Shown one piece after another: positions 8,595 to 17,069 of a stretch of 37,165 nucleotides of DNA. The DNA is from Methanomicrobiaceae archaeon (GTDB lineage Archaea; Halobacteriota; Methanomicrobia; Methanomicrobiales; Methanomicrobiaceae): the NCBI GenBank assembly GCA_032250645.1, contig JAVVFN010000001.1, positions 1 to 37,165 of the forward strand, read 5' to 3'. The translations under genes were made by a program, and so were the position numbers. The notes below the pieces were generated by a model. It was not told the DNA's origin. It saw nothing but the letters and a program-made list of their open reading frames with translations, and ran no database searches. Every line of letters starts with the position of its first letter. The stretch's first letter is position 1.

Positions 8595-10307
8595 ATGATG
8601 GAGTTCCCGGATGAGGTGGAAGGGATCCTTGCTCTTCTCAGCGAAAACCCGAAAGGACTGGCGGTCTCCGATATCGCTGCACATCTCGGGATGAACCGCA
8701 ATACCGCGGCACGCTACCTTGACATGCTGCAGATCTCCGGCCAGGCAGAGATGCGCACCTATGGTCGGGCGAAGGTCTATTATCCCTCCCGGCGTGTTCC
8801 CATCTCCGCAATGCTGGATTTTTCTTCCGATCTCGTGGCGGTGCTGGACCGCGACCTGAACGTGGTCCAGGTCAATGACGCGATCTGCAGCTTTTCCGGA
8901 GCCGATCCAGAGGCGATCATCGGGAAAAGCCTCAGCTCTTCTCCGCTGGGTATCTTCGATCACCCCCTGATCAGGGCAAAGATTTGTGAGGGGATCGCAG
9001 GCGAGGAGTACGTCAAGGAGCTTGAAATCCGCCGGGGGTTGGAAGACCTTTTTTTCAGGTTCAAGGTCATTCCGATGGTCTTCAATGACGGAACCCCGGG
9101 CGTGACACTCCTCCTTGAGGACGTCACCCAGGACCACCGCTCCCTTGAGGCAATCACGAAGAGCGAACTGCTCTTCCGCACACTGGTGGAAGAGATCAAT
9201 GATATTATCTGGAATATCGATGAGGAAGGAGTCATCACCTACGTCAGTCCCCCCTTGCACCGGGTGCTCGGATATGACCCGGACGAGGTGATCGGGCGTC
9301 CGATCGCTGCCCTCCTCGGCCCCGAAGATGCTGCTGCCATCCGGACGAGGCTTGCCGCACCGGCCCCGTTCGCACTGGAGGAGTTCGTGGCGTCACACAG
9401 GGAGGAGGGCGAAGTCATTCTGGAATCGAGCGGAACTCCGGTACATGATGACCTCGGAGAGTTCACCGGTTTCCGGATCGTCTCCCGGGACGTCACCGAC
9501 CGCAACGCGGCGGAGCGAAGAATCCGGCAGTGGAAATCATTCCTTTTCTCCATCGTGGAGAACATCCCTGCAAAGGTTCTCGTCAAGGAAGTGTCTTCAG
9601 GGAAGTACGTCTTCTTCAATCGCTCCGCGGAAAAGTTCTTTGGAAGGCCAAAATCCGAGATTATGAACGCGAAGGATGCAGATCTCTTCTCCCCGGGCCT
9701 CCTCCCTCTCCTCGGGAGAGGGGATGATGCGGTGATCGCCTCGCTTTCCACCTTTGAAGAAGCAGGAATCCCGGTCATCACCAGGGAGGGCACCGAGCGT
9801 ATCCTGCGGATCAGGAAACTTCCCATCTTCTCTGCATCAAAGAACCTGAAGTACATCCTCACCATCGGGGAGGATATCACTGAAAGGAGACGTGCAGAAG
9901 AGGAGATGCGGAAGGAACGTGACCTTGCCCAGAGTTACCTTGACGTGGCCGCGGTGATGATCACCGTGGTGGACAGGGACGGCATTATCGTGAAGGTAAA
10001 CAGAAAGGGGTGCGAGATCCTCGGGTACGAGGAGGGCGAGCTGGAGGGATGTGACTGGTTCACAGTGATCGCCGCACCGGAGCTGAAAGGGCAGTTTATC
10101 GAGGTCATGAAGGGAACCTGCCTACCCCCCTCCCTTGAGGTCGGCCGTATCCGGCGGAAGGACGGCACAGAAAAGGAGGTCCTCTGGCGCAATGCACTTC
10201 TCCGGGATGCCGAAGGGAGGATCACCGCGCTGGTCGCGTCCGGAGAGGAGGTAGGCCAGGATCAGGGCGCACGAGATGGTGGCGTGTACCGCCGGACATC
10301 TCCGTAG
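8595..10307 (+). CDS. Winged-HTH plus multiple PAS domain protein (no kinase output domain)
   Basis: The N-terminus (LSENPKGLAVSDIAAHLGMNRNTAARYLDMLQISGQAE...KVYY) is wHTH-like. About four PAS-like modules follow (e.g. DIIWNIDEEGVITYVSP, ITERRRAEEEM linker). ATGATG start. The 3' end overlaps the convergent gene by 46 nt. Confidence 0.8.
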   Translation: MMEFPDEVEGILALLSENPKGLAVSDIAAHLGMNRNTAARYLDMLQISGQAEMRTYGRAKVYYPSRRVPISAMLDFSSDLVAVLDRDLNVVQVNDAICSFSGADPEAIIGKSLSSSPLGIFDHPLIRAKICEGIAGEEYVKELEIRRGLEDLFFRFKVIPMVFNDGTPGVTLLLEDVTQDHRSLEAITKSELLFRTLVEEINDIIWNIDEEGVITYVSPPLHRVLGYDPDEVIGRPIAALLGPEDAAAIRTRLAAPAPFALEEFVASHREEGEVILESSGTPVHDDLGEFTGFRIVSRDVTDRNAAERRIRQWKSFLFSIVENIPAKVLVKEVSSGKYVFFNRSAEKFFGRPKSEIMNAKDADLFSPGLLPLLGRGDDAVIASLSTFEEAGIPVITREGTERILRIRKLPIFSASKNLKYILTIGEDITERRRAEEEMRKERDLAQSYLDVAAVMITVVDRDGIIVKVNRKGCEILGYEEGELEGCDWFTVIAAPELKGQFIEVMKGTCLPPSLEVGRIRRKDGTEKEVLWRNALLRDAEGRITALVASGEEVGQDQGARDGGVYRRTSP

Positions 10308-11782
10308 ACCTGCAGCCTTCCGTCCATGAAATTGGAGACCGCACCGTGCCCTCCGCAGACCAGGAACGGCCGTGATGTTTCTGTGGATGAAACGGAGGCA
10401 AGATGGGTGAGCATCTGCCGCTCAGTCCGTGCCAGCTCGCTGTCCACATTGACCGAGGTGACCAGAAAGTCGGCAAGCGAGTTGTAGTCCTTTCTCTCCG
10501 CCGAGAAGCTGGCAAAATTCATCAGGCTGTCGGCCGAGAACAGGAGACCTGTCTCAGGGGCATAGAGAAAGATCTGGCCGTACAGGTGTCCCCCGAAGCT
10601 CCCGAGCACCTCGAAGTGGATCCCGCCCAGGGTCAGACGCTCCAGGACCGGAAATTCTCCTCTCTCTCCATCCCCTTCCTCGGGGATGAGGATATACTGC
10701 TCCGGGGGGGTGAACCGGGAGAAGAGGTTGATCATGGTGGTGTAAACCTCTTCAAGGATCGAGTCCTCGCTCCGGGAACCATAGGCGCGGTTTGCTTCCC
10801 TGATGATGGAGAGGGTACCGGGGTGCATCATCGCAGGGACGCCGAAGAGACCGCCGGCACCGCAGTGATCGGCATCTGCGTGGGTGATGACGATGCGGGC
10901 GATCCCCTTCTCCCGTAGCCCGAGCTGGCCCAGCATATCCACGATGTCCGGGTAATAGATGCCGTACCCCGTGTCGATCAGCACCTGTTCTTCAGGGCTG
11001 TCGATCAGGAAGATATTGCCCCCGCAGGGGGGCTGGAAGCAGTACAGGCGGGCATCTCCCGGGAGCGGGATCTGCTGGATGTCCGCATAGAATCCCTCCC
11101 GGATGGTGGTATGAAGCGTCTTTCCGGTCTCAAAGATACTCCGGAAGACAGTCTTCGGGTCCTTCCCCCGGCTGGCAAGCTCCTGCACGATGTGGTTTAT
11201 GTCATGGAGAAAGGAGAGGAGGAACGCGTCCTCTGCCTCACCGATGAGAGGGCGGATCTTCTGGGCGAACCGAAGATAGAAGACAGTATTGTCAAGCCGA
11301 TCCCCGGTGGTGTCGTATTCAAGGATTTCGAGACGGTACCGCGACTTGAGGGTATTGAGAAGGGCATTTGCGACCGAACTCTCGGCCACGTCGAGGCTCA
11401 TCGTCACCCGGTCAGGATGGATGCCCGAATCGTCGAAGTCGATATACGCGATATTTGCACCTGCATCCGTGGTGAAGCAGAGAAACTCGAAGAGCGCTCC
11501 TGTCTGGTGCGGGAGAAAGAGACGGAACTTCAGGAAACTTGGCGGCGCAAGGGACGTCTGGAGGTAGCCGATCTGCTCGAGATCTGAAGCCATCTTCCGG
11601 TATGCCGCCGGCTCGCACGTCACCTCAAAGAAGACAGTCTGCGGATCGATTCTACGATCAAAATTGATGCGGTTGATATTCCCGCCGTACCTGGTGATGA
11701 TCTCTGCCGCCTGGTGGAGCGCTCCTGGCCGGTTCGGCATCTTGGCAACAAAAGAATGGATCTCCTGATCACGCACACCCAT
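10262..11782 (-). CDS. Tandem ACT domain plus metallo-beta-lactamase-fold protein
   Basis: True start is MGVRDQEIH at ATG 11782. The listed 616-aa ORF extends over the neighbouring transporter gene and is rejected. Two ACT-like modules are present (MPNRPGALHQAAEIITRYGGNI; LPHQTGALFEFLCFTTDAGANI). The MBL motif is VITHADADHCGAGG, with later conserved His/Asp. Confidence 0.75.
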   Translation of the reverse strand: MGVRDQEIHSFVAKMPNRPGALHQAAEIITRYGGNINRINFDRRIDPQTVFFEVTCEPAAYRKMASDLEQIGYLQTSLAPPSFLKFRLFLPHQTGALFEFLCFTTDAGANIAYIDFDDSGIHPDRVTMSLDVAESSVANALLNTLKSRYRLEILEYDTTGDRLDNTVFYLRFAQKIRPLIGEAEDAFLLSFLHDINHIVQELASRGKDPKTVFRSIFETGKTLHTTIREGFYADIQQIPLPGDARLYCFQPPCGGNIFLIDSPEEQVLIDTGYGIYYPDIVDMLGQLGLREKGIARIVITHADADHCGAGGLFGVPAMMHPGTLSIIREANRAYGSRSEDSILEEVYTTMINLFSRFTPPEQYILIPEEGDGERGEFPVLERLTLGGIHFEVLGSFGGHLYGQIFLYAPETGLLFSADSLMNFASFSAERKDYNSLADFLVTSVNVDSELARTERQMLTHLASVSSTETSRPFLVCGGHGAVSNFMDGRLQVYGDVRRYTPPSRAP

Positions 11783-11885
11783 TTTTTTTGGTCTTATGCG
11801 TAATGGGTTTTCCTCCGCTCGAAAAAGGGGCAGAGGAGAAATGGGAACGGTAATATCGCCCTGAGTAAAAAAAAATATCAGGTTT

Positions 11886-13412
11886 ATGAAACGGTTGATC
11901 GGAATCTTCACCGGTATCCTCCTCTTTTTTATCCTCCTCCTCTTTCCGGTGAACCCCGAGATCCTCCCTCCCGATGCCAAGGCGGTGGCTGCGACCACCC
12001 TGCTCATGGTGGTGTGGTGGGTCACGGAAGCGATCCCCATCCAGGCGACCGCGCTCCTCCCGCTCGCCATGTTTCCCACCCTCGGGGTGCTCAGCCCGAT
12101 CGAGGCGGCCACCCCCTATGCGGACCGGATCATCTTCCTCTTCATGGGTGGTTTCCTCATCGCCATGTCGATGCAGAGATGGGGGCTGCATGAGCGGATT
12201 GCCCTCAATATCATCAAGGCATTCGGCACCAGCCCGCGGATGCTGATATTTGGGTTCATGGTGGCCACGGCATTCCTCTCCATGTGGATCTCGAACACGG
12301 CAACCGCGATGATGATGGTGCCCATCGCCATCGCCATCATCGCTACGATCCTCCCCGCTGCCGAGACGAACCTTGCACAGATGACCCCCGAGCAGAAGGA
12401 CTTCTCCGAATGCCTCGTGATCTCCATCGCACACGCGGCGACCATCGGCGGTATCGCCACCATCATCGGTACTCCTCCAAACGGGATCTTTATCGCCCAG
12501 CTGGGGACCATCTTCCCCGATGCCCCGGCAGTCGATTTTTTTGCCTGGATGAAGTTTGGGGTCCCTCTTGCCTTCATCTTCCTCCCCGTCTCCTGGTTCT
12601 GGCTCACCTCCTGGCCATTCCGGAACATCCCGAAGAAGATCGAGCAGGGGAAGGAGGTGATCGAGGACCGCTTAAAAGCGCTCGGCCCGATGAGCCGGGG
12701 GGAGAGATGGACGCTGCTCGTCTTCGGGCTCACCGCGTTTGCCTGGATCTTCCGTACCGAAAAGGAGATCGGGGACCTGATCATCCCCGGCATCAACACC
12801 ATCTTCCCGGGGGTTCACGACGCTACCATCGCGATCGCTGGGGCCCTCCTCCTCTTCCTTCTCCCGGTGAATGTGAAAGAGGGGGTCTTTACCATGAACT
12901 GGGAGTGGGCCCGCAAGATCCCGTGGGGGATCCTCATCCTCTTCGGCGGGGGGCTCTCCCTCTCCGCCGCCTTCATCGAGAGCGGGCTGGCATCGGTCTT
13001 TATGGACTATTTCGCGACCCTCCACTACCTCCCCATCATCGTCCTGATGCTCGTCGTCGGCATCTTCGTCTCGCTCCTCACGGAGGTCACCTCCAATACC
13101 GCCATCTCCTCGGTCATGATGCCCATCATGGCGGTCACTTCAGTCAGTATCGGAGTCCATCCCTTCATCCTCATGCTGACCGCGACGCTTGCTGCATCCC
13201 TCGCGTTCATGCTCCCCGTAGCAACCCCTCCAAACGCCGTTGCCTACGGGAGCGGCTATATCACCATGCGGGACATGATCCGGTCGGGCTATGTGCTGAA
13301 TTTCATCGGGGTTACGCTCATCTCGATCCTCATGTTCAACCTGATCATGTGGGCGCTCGGGTTCGGGGTGGCCATCCCCGAATGGGCGCTCACGCCCCTC
13401 ACCGGTCCGTGA
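11886..13412 (+). CDS. SLC13/DASS family (divalent anion:Na+ symporter-like) permease
   Basis: 508 aa and polytopic. It has the duplicated hairpin signature SNTATAMMMVPI and SNTAISSVMMPI plus PPNA/PPNG motifs characteristic of DASS/ArsB-NhaD superfamily transporters. Confidence 0.85.
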   Translation: MKRLIGIFTGILLFFILLLFPVNPEILPPDAKAVAATTLLMVVWWVTEAIPIQATALLPLAMFPTLGVLSPIEAATPYADRIIFLFMGGFLIAMSMQRWGLHERIALNIIKAFGTSPRMLIFGFMVATAFLSMWISNTATAMMMVPIAIAIIATILPAAETNLAQMTPEQKDFSECLVISIAHAATIGGIATIIGTPPNGIFIAQLGTIFPDAPAVDFFAWMKFGVPLAFIFLPVSWFWLTSWPFRNIPKKIEQGKEVIEDRLKALGPMSRGERWTLLVFGLTAFAWIFRTEKEIGDLIIPGINTIFPGVHDATIAIAGALLLFLLPVNVKEGVFTMNWEWARKIPWGILILFGGGLSLSAAFIESGLASVFMDYFATLHYLPIIVLMLVVGIFVSLLTEVTSNTAISSVMMPIMAVTSVSIGVHPFILMLTATLAASLAFMLPVATPPNAVAYGSGYITMRDMIRSGYVLNFIGVTLISILMFNLIMWALGFGVAIPEWALTPLTGP

Positions 13413-13764
13413 TCGAAAGGTCGGAGGCCCTCTCCACCACCACTTCCCGCTCTCCCCTGAACGTCTGGACAGTACCGATGGCCAGGACCGCGTCCCCCCT
13501 CGAGGGGATCTGATCTGGAAGTGCGGTGGCAGGTACGAAGACCCTCACTCCCCGCACCCGGAGAAGGAGGTGGCCGCCGCTTGCCGTGGTATGCCGTTCC
13601 TCCACCAGTCCTTCGATCGAGACGAGTTCCCCCTCGGAAGATTCCGGCGAATAGGGGCGGGCGAACGCTTCGCGTCCCTGCGATTCTATTAGGAGATGGG
13701 CGCACGCGATCGCGACGAGAATACTCGCAAGGAGGATGATGGCGGTGCGCTCCTGGGGTTCCAT
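13399..13764 (-). CDS. Membrane-anchored OB-fold (tRNA_anti-like) protein
   Basis: N-terminal TM helix (AIILLASILVAIACAHLL) followed by a ~80-aa beta-rich segment (VSIEGLVEERHTTASGGHLLLRVRG...AVLAIGTVQTFRGEREVVV) typical of small archaeal OB-fold proteins. Confidence 0.55.
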   Translation of the reverse strand: MEPQERTAIILLASILVAIACAHLLIESQGREAFARPYSPESSEGELVSIEGLVEERHTTASGGHLLLRVRGVRVFVPATALPDQIPSRGDAVLAIGTVQTFRGEREVVVERASDLSITDR

Positions 13765-13809
13765 CGAGGAGATCTTGATCCTGAAGAACTAAATAGGCGA
13801 TAGATTGAT

Positions 13810-13828
13810 ATGTTAACAGCGTTAACAT
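13810..13828. promoter_or_regulatory. Perfect inverted repeat ATGTTAAC-AGC-GTTAACAT directly upstream of a wHTH regulator gene
   Basis: Read directly from the sequence. It ends 6 nt before the ATG at 13835, in the divergent intergenic region between 13764 and 13835. Confidence 0.45.
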
Positions 13829-13834
13829 TATCTC

Positions 13835-14086
13835 ATGCACACAGCAAAGCTTCCTCCCTCATCCCGTAAGATCATGGGTCTCCTGGAGGGGGGCGAGCAG
13901 ATGACTCACAAGGAACTCGTCCAGCAGAGCGAACTTGCGCCGCGTACTGTACGGTATGCGCTCAAGAAACTGAAGGAGCAGAACCTCATCATTGAGAAGT
14001 TCAACTTCAGGGACGCACGCCAGATCATCTATCAGCTCAGGCCGTTTCGGACTGAATTGAACGAGATCGCAAACAGCACTGCGTAA
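13835..14086 (+). CDS. Small winged helix-turn-helix transcriptional regulator
   Basis: 83 aa. KIMGLLEGGEQMTHKELVQQSELAPRTVRYALKKLKEQNLI matches the MarR/TrmB-like wHTH pattern. Confidence 0.7.
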   Translation: MHTAKLPPSSRKIMGLLEGGEQMTHKELVQQSELAPRTVRYALKKLKEQNLIIEKFNFRDARQIIYQLRPFRTELNEIANSTA

Positions 14087-14155
14087 TATCCGCCTGATCC
14101 CCTACAAGGCAGGGGATTTTTCGCATTCTCTTTCCTTCGGGATGGATGAGCGGAG

Positions 14156-14171
14156 GCTCCTGTACAGGAGC
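14156..14171. promoter_or_regulatory. Perfect 16-bp palindrome GCTCCTGTACAGGAGC
   Basis: Read directly from the sequence. It lies between two regulator genes, about 32 nt upstream of a TATA-like TATTTAATATT (14203-14213) that precedes the ATG at 14243. Confidence 0.4.
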
Positions 14172-14242
14172 AATGGGGGCGTAAATTGCAACGAACATTG
14201 ACTATTTAATATTCCAGCCCGAAAAAATGTGTTGACGACCGC

Positions 14243-14581
14243 ATGACTGAAGCTTCCTGCGATATCATGGTATGCGACGCTCTTGCGCGGACTCTGCTCC
14301 CCCAGCTCCGGGCTGAGATGGTGCAGCGCCTCGTCTCGCACTATGGCGTAAGCCAGAGCGAGGTGGCAAAAAAACTCAATGTAAGCAGGGCAGCCATCTC
14401 ACAGTATATGAGCAGGAAGCGGGGGGGGACCAGGATGCCGATCTCGGATGAGCTGGATATGATGATCGACCTGTGGGCACATGCGGTGATGTATGAAGAC
14501 CAGGCCATCACACTCTGTGATATCTGCCGCTGTGCAAACAGGGAAGAAATTTCTACCTTCGATCTCTTCGGATATAAATAA
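14243..14581 (+). CDS. HTH (XRE-like) transcriptional regulator with C-terminal Cys motif
   Basis: YGVSQSEVAKKLNVSRAAISQYMSRKRG is a helix-turn-helix, and there is a C-terminal CDICRC. It resembles the COG2522-type archaeal regulators. Confidence 0.65.
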   Translation: MTEASCDIMVCDALARTLLPQLRAEMVQRLVSHYGVSQSEVAKKLNVSRAAISQYMSRKRGGTRMPISDELDMMIDLWAHAVMYEDQAITLCDICRCANREEISTFDLFGYK

Positions 14582-16217
14582 GCAGCAGGACGATGATGAT
14601 GCCTGCCGCGGCCGCGATCTTTTCCCCGTACCCCCCGATAGACCCTGAGGGCCGGACATCCCAGTCATCTTCGAAGACGGCAGTGTAATATTGCCCGACA
14701 CCCGGATGCTCGATGATCACGCCGGCCTCCCGGTTGAAGCTTGGGGAATGTTCATTCCAGTTGATGCTGCTGACAAGGACCCATTTTCCGTCCACGATCA
14801 CCCCCTTGTTATGAATCGATTCGACTCCCATCTCCTCGAGGGCAGCGACGCGTGCTTCCAGCGGGATCTGTTCGTTCCGTGCAATGTGATTTAAGTAGGT
14901 TGCCATCTCGTCGTTGTCCTCCTCCTCATAGATATTGAACCACGAAGCGTCAAGGAGCACCCGGACCACGACCCCCCGGCGCGAGGCATTGATTGCTGCG
15001 GCGACATAGGGATTTTGCATGCCTCCGGACCAGTTCCTGATATAGGCCTGCTCGATATCGACCGTCGATGCGGCCCCTTCTATGAGCTCCCGGACCAGGT
15101 CGCTCGTATCAGGAGAGAGTACAGGGGTCACTTCTGCCCCGGTAAATATCCGGGGTGCAAATTCCACCCGGTACGTGGATTCCGGGGTATGGGGTTTGGG
15201 TTCCCCTCCTCCCGGGAGAGGGACGATGTCGCCCCCGCCGCGGTCGTGGGCATAGACTCTGGAGAAGTATGCGGCCAGCTCCGGGTCTCTAAGGACCACC
15301 CCCCAACCCCTGTTCCCGGCATATCCGGCCGGTGGAAATCCGCTCTCCTTGAAGTTCTCACTGGTGACCAGTACGGTATCATCGTCGATCACCAGGTACT
15401 TGGCATGATTGAACCGGTACTTTGCATGCGCTTCTTCGGTGGTGGTCATCTGGTACATCCCCACCCCGGCTTCGGAGAGGATGCCAACAATATACTGCTC
15501 ATCGGCAGCGATCCCACCCACGGGCCCACCTTCCAGGAGGACCTCTGTCTGTATCCCCCGCAGGGACGCACCCGCAAGAGACCGGGCAATCGCAGCATCG
15601 GTGAACTCGTATACATTGGCGAGGATCTCTCTCTCAGCCCCGTCAATTGCCTGCAGGATCACCTCCTGCGAGCAGTCCGGGGAGACGAAACAGGTCACGG
15701 TCACGTTCCCGAATGTCTCGGGGAAGAAGCGCGACTGACCGATGAAGAGAGGGCGCGGGTCCCAGACCCCGGACCGGAGAAGGTGTATCTGCCCTTCCCG
15801 CATCTCCACATCTCCGGGCCATGTCACCCGCTGGACGATCTCGGTCCCGAGGAGGATACTGAGCTCGTCCCCATCGTTCCGGAGCCGGAAGTTCCCGCCC
15901 CGGATCATGTCCGGGATCTCCGGATCGGTATCGTAGATCTCGTAATCGGGAAAATATCCATGGACTTTCACAAATGCGGTCCCTTCACGGGCGACGGTGA
16001 TATCCCCCTTCATAGCGACCCCTCCCGGAAACCTGACGCTCCCTTCCCCGTCGGTGATCCGGATCCCGGAGAGGTCTCCTTCGCCGGTGAGCACGAAATA
16101 CTCGTCCCCTTCCCCCGCAAGGTAGGTGTCCGGGCAGAATTCGGTAAGGACGACGCTGCCATGGACCGGAGAGGTAAAAATGAGGAGCAGAACAGCGATG
16201 GGGAGGAGCGAACGCAT
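14553..16217 (-). CDS. Secreted/membrane-anchored phospholipase D-family protein with N-terminal lamin-tail (LTD)-like domain
   Basis: Signal peptide MRSLLPIAVLLLIFTSPVHG. LTD-like segment VLTEFCPD...GDEYFVLTG...LRNDGDELSIL. Two HKD motifs: NHAKYLVIDDDTVLVTSENF and IHNKGVIVDGKWVLVSSINWN. C-terminal TM helix AAAAGIIIVLLLIYI. Confidence 0.85.
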   Translation of the reverse strand: MRSLLPIAVLLLIFTSPVHGSVVLTEFCPDTYLAGEGDEYFVLTGEGDLSGIRITDGEGSVRFPGGVAMKGDITVAREGTAFVKVHGYFPDYEIYDTDPEIPDMIRGGNFRLRNDGDELSILLGTEIVQRVTWPGDVEMREGQIHLLRSGVWDPRPLFIGQSRFFPETFGNVTVTCFVSPDCSQEVILQAIDGAEREILANVYEFTDAAIARSLAGASLRGIQTEVLLEGGPVGGIAADEQYIVGILSEAGVGMYQMTTTEEAHAKYRFNHAKYLVIDDDTVLVTSENFKESGFPPAGYAGNRGWGVVLRDPELAAYFSRVYAHDRGGGDIVPLPGGGEPKPHTPESTYRVEFAPRIFTGAEVTPVLSPDTSDLVRELIEGAASTVDIEQAYIRNWSGGMQNPYVAAAINASRRGVVVRVLLDASWFNIYEEEDNDEMATYLNHIARNEQIPLEARVAALEEMGVESIHNKGVIVDGKWVLVSSINWNEHSPSFNREAGVIIEHPGVGQYYTAVFEDDWDVRPSGSIGGYGEKIAAAAGIIIVLLLIYIRRDRR

Positions 16218-16264
16218 TCGAAGAGATTATGTGCCTGCCCGTTTTATAACCTCCCGATCTGTCC

Positions 16265-16864
16265 ATGAGCCCTGATTCACGCACCGTTGTCTTGAAGATC
16301 GGAGGGAGCCTGTGGGATCAGGTGGCCGGGATCATCACCCTCGTGCAGGAATCGGGTCGTGAAATCCTCATTGTTCCCGGGGGAGGGCGAATCGCCGATG
16401 AAGTCCGCCGGCTCGCACTTCCTGACGACGCCTCCCACTGGATGGCTATCCTCGCCATGGAGTATTTCGGGTGGTACATCTCGTCCTTCGGACCGGTACC
16501 GGTCAGGACCGTCCGACGCCCTGCCGGTGTCGAGGTCCTCCTCCCTTATCGGATGATGCAGGATGCCGATCCGCTCCCCCACTCGTGGAATGTCACTTCA
16601 GACACCATCAGCGCGTGGGTCGCCTGCAGGCTCGATGCTGAGCTGATCCTCCTCAAACCGGTTGACGGAATCCTGAGAAACGGGGCGCCCCTCCCTGAGG
16701 TGACAGGACCGGCCCGTGCTGATGAAGTCGACGATGCATTCATCCCCTTCCTCCTCTCCCATGGCATGGAGGCCCTTATTGTGAACGGCAGAATACCTGA
16801 CCGTGTGCGTGCGTGCCTCGCCGGGGAGCCCACGCCGGGAACACGTATCCATCCAAGTATTTAA
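16265..16864 (+). CDS. Amino-acid-kinase-fold protein, possibly [5-(aminomethyl)furan-3-yl]methyl phosphate kinase (MfnE-like)
   Basis: 199 aa. VVLKIGGSL and ILIVPGGGRIADEVR are motifs of the short archaeal AA_kinase family. The assignment to methanofuran biosynthesis is by family resemblance only. Confidence 0.55.
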   Translation: MSPDSRTVVLKIGGSLWDQVAGIITLVQESGREILIVPGGGRIADEVRRLALPDDASHWMAILAMEYFGWYISSFGPVPVRTVRRPAGVEVLLPYRMMQDADPLPHSWNVTSDTISAWVACRLDAELILLKPVDGILRNGAPLPEVTGPARADEVDDAFIPFLLSHGMEALIVNGRIPDRVRACLAGEPTPGTRIHPSI

Positions 16865-16880
16865 TACCGGACGGGACGAG

Positions 16881-16888
16881 TTTATACG
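16881..16888 (+). promoter_or_regulatory. TATA-like box (TTTATACG) about 26 nt upstream of the zinc-ribbon ORF ATG (leaderless-type spacing)
   Basis: Spacing and A/T-rich motif read from the sequence. Confidence 0.35.
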
Positions 16889-16909
16889 AGAATTTCAGGG
16901 GTTTAATTG

Positions 16910-17068
16910 ATGGTATTTGAGAGATGCACCTCCTGTAACGCGCCCCTCGCAGAGGAAGGGTGGACAAAGTTCCCCTGTCCTGTCTGCGGGGATGTGATCT
17001 GCCGCTGCGAGCGTTGCAGACACCAGAGCATTGAATACGCATGTGCCTGTGGATTTCGGGGGCCTTGA
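16910..17068 (+). CDS. 52-aa zinc-ribbon microprotein (DUF1610/COG2888-like), not in the ORF track
   Basis: My own translation: MVFERCTSCNAPLAEEGWTKFPCPVCGDVICRCERCRHQSIEYACACGFRGP*. Four Cys pairs/clusters. It sits in the conserved archaeal position immediately upstream of aEF-1-beta. Confidence 0.75.
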   Translation: MVFERCTSCNAPLAEEGWTKFPCPVCGDVICRCERCRHQSIEYACACGFRGP

Positions 17069-17069
17069 A

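Noticed and set aside
8325-9260. 311-aa minus-strand ORF spanning the long intergenic region and the start of the wHTH-PAS gene
   Set aside because: Most of it is antisense to a well-supported PAS protein. It has no recognisable domain and would cross the palindromic TATA region.
11783-12112. 110-aa N-terminal extension of the listed 616-aa ORF (10262-12112)
   Set aside because: The extension overlaps the DASS transporter gene on the other strand and crosses the AT-rich promoter spacer. ATG 11782 yields a typical ACT-domain N-terminus.
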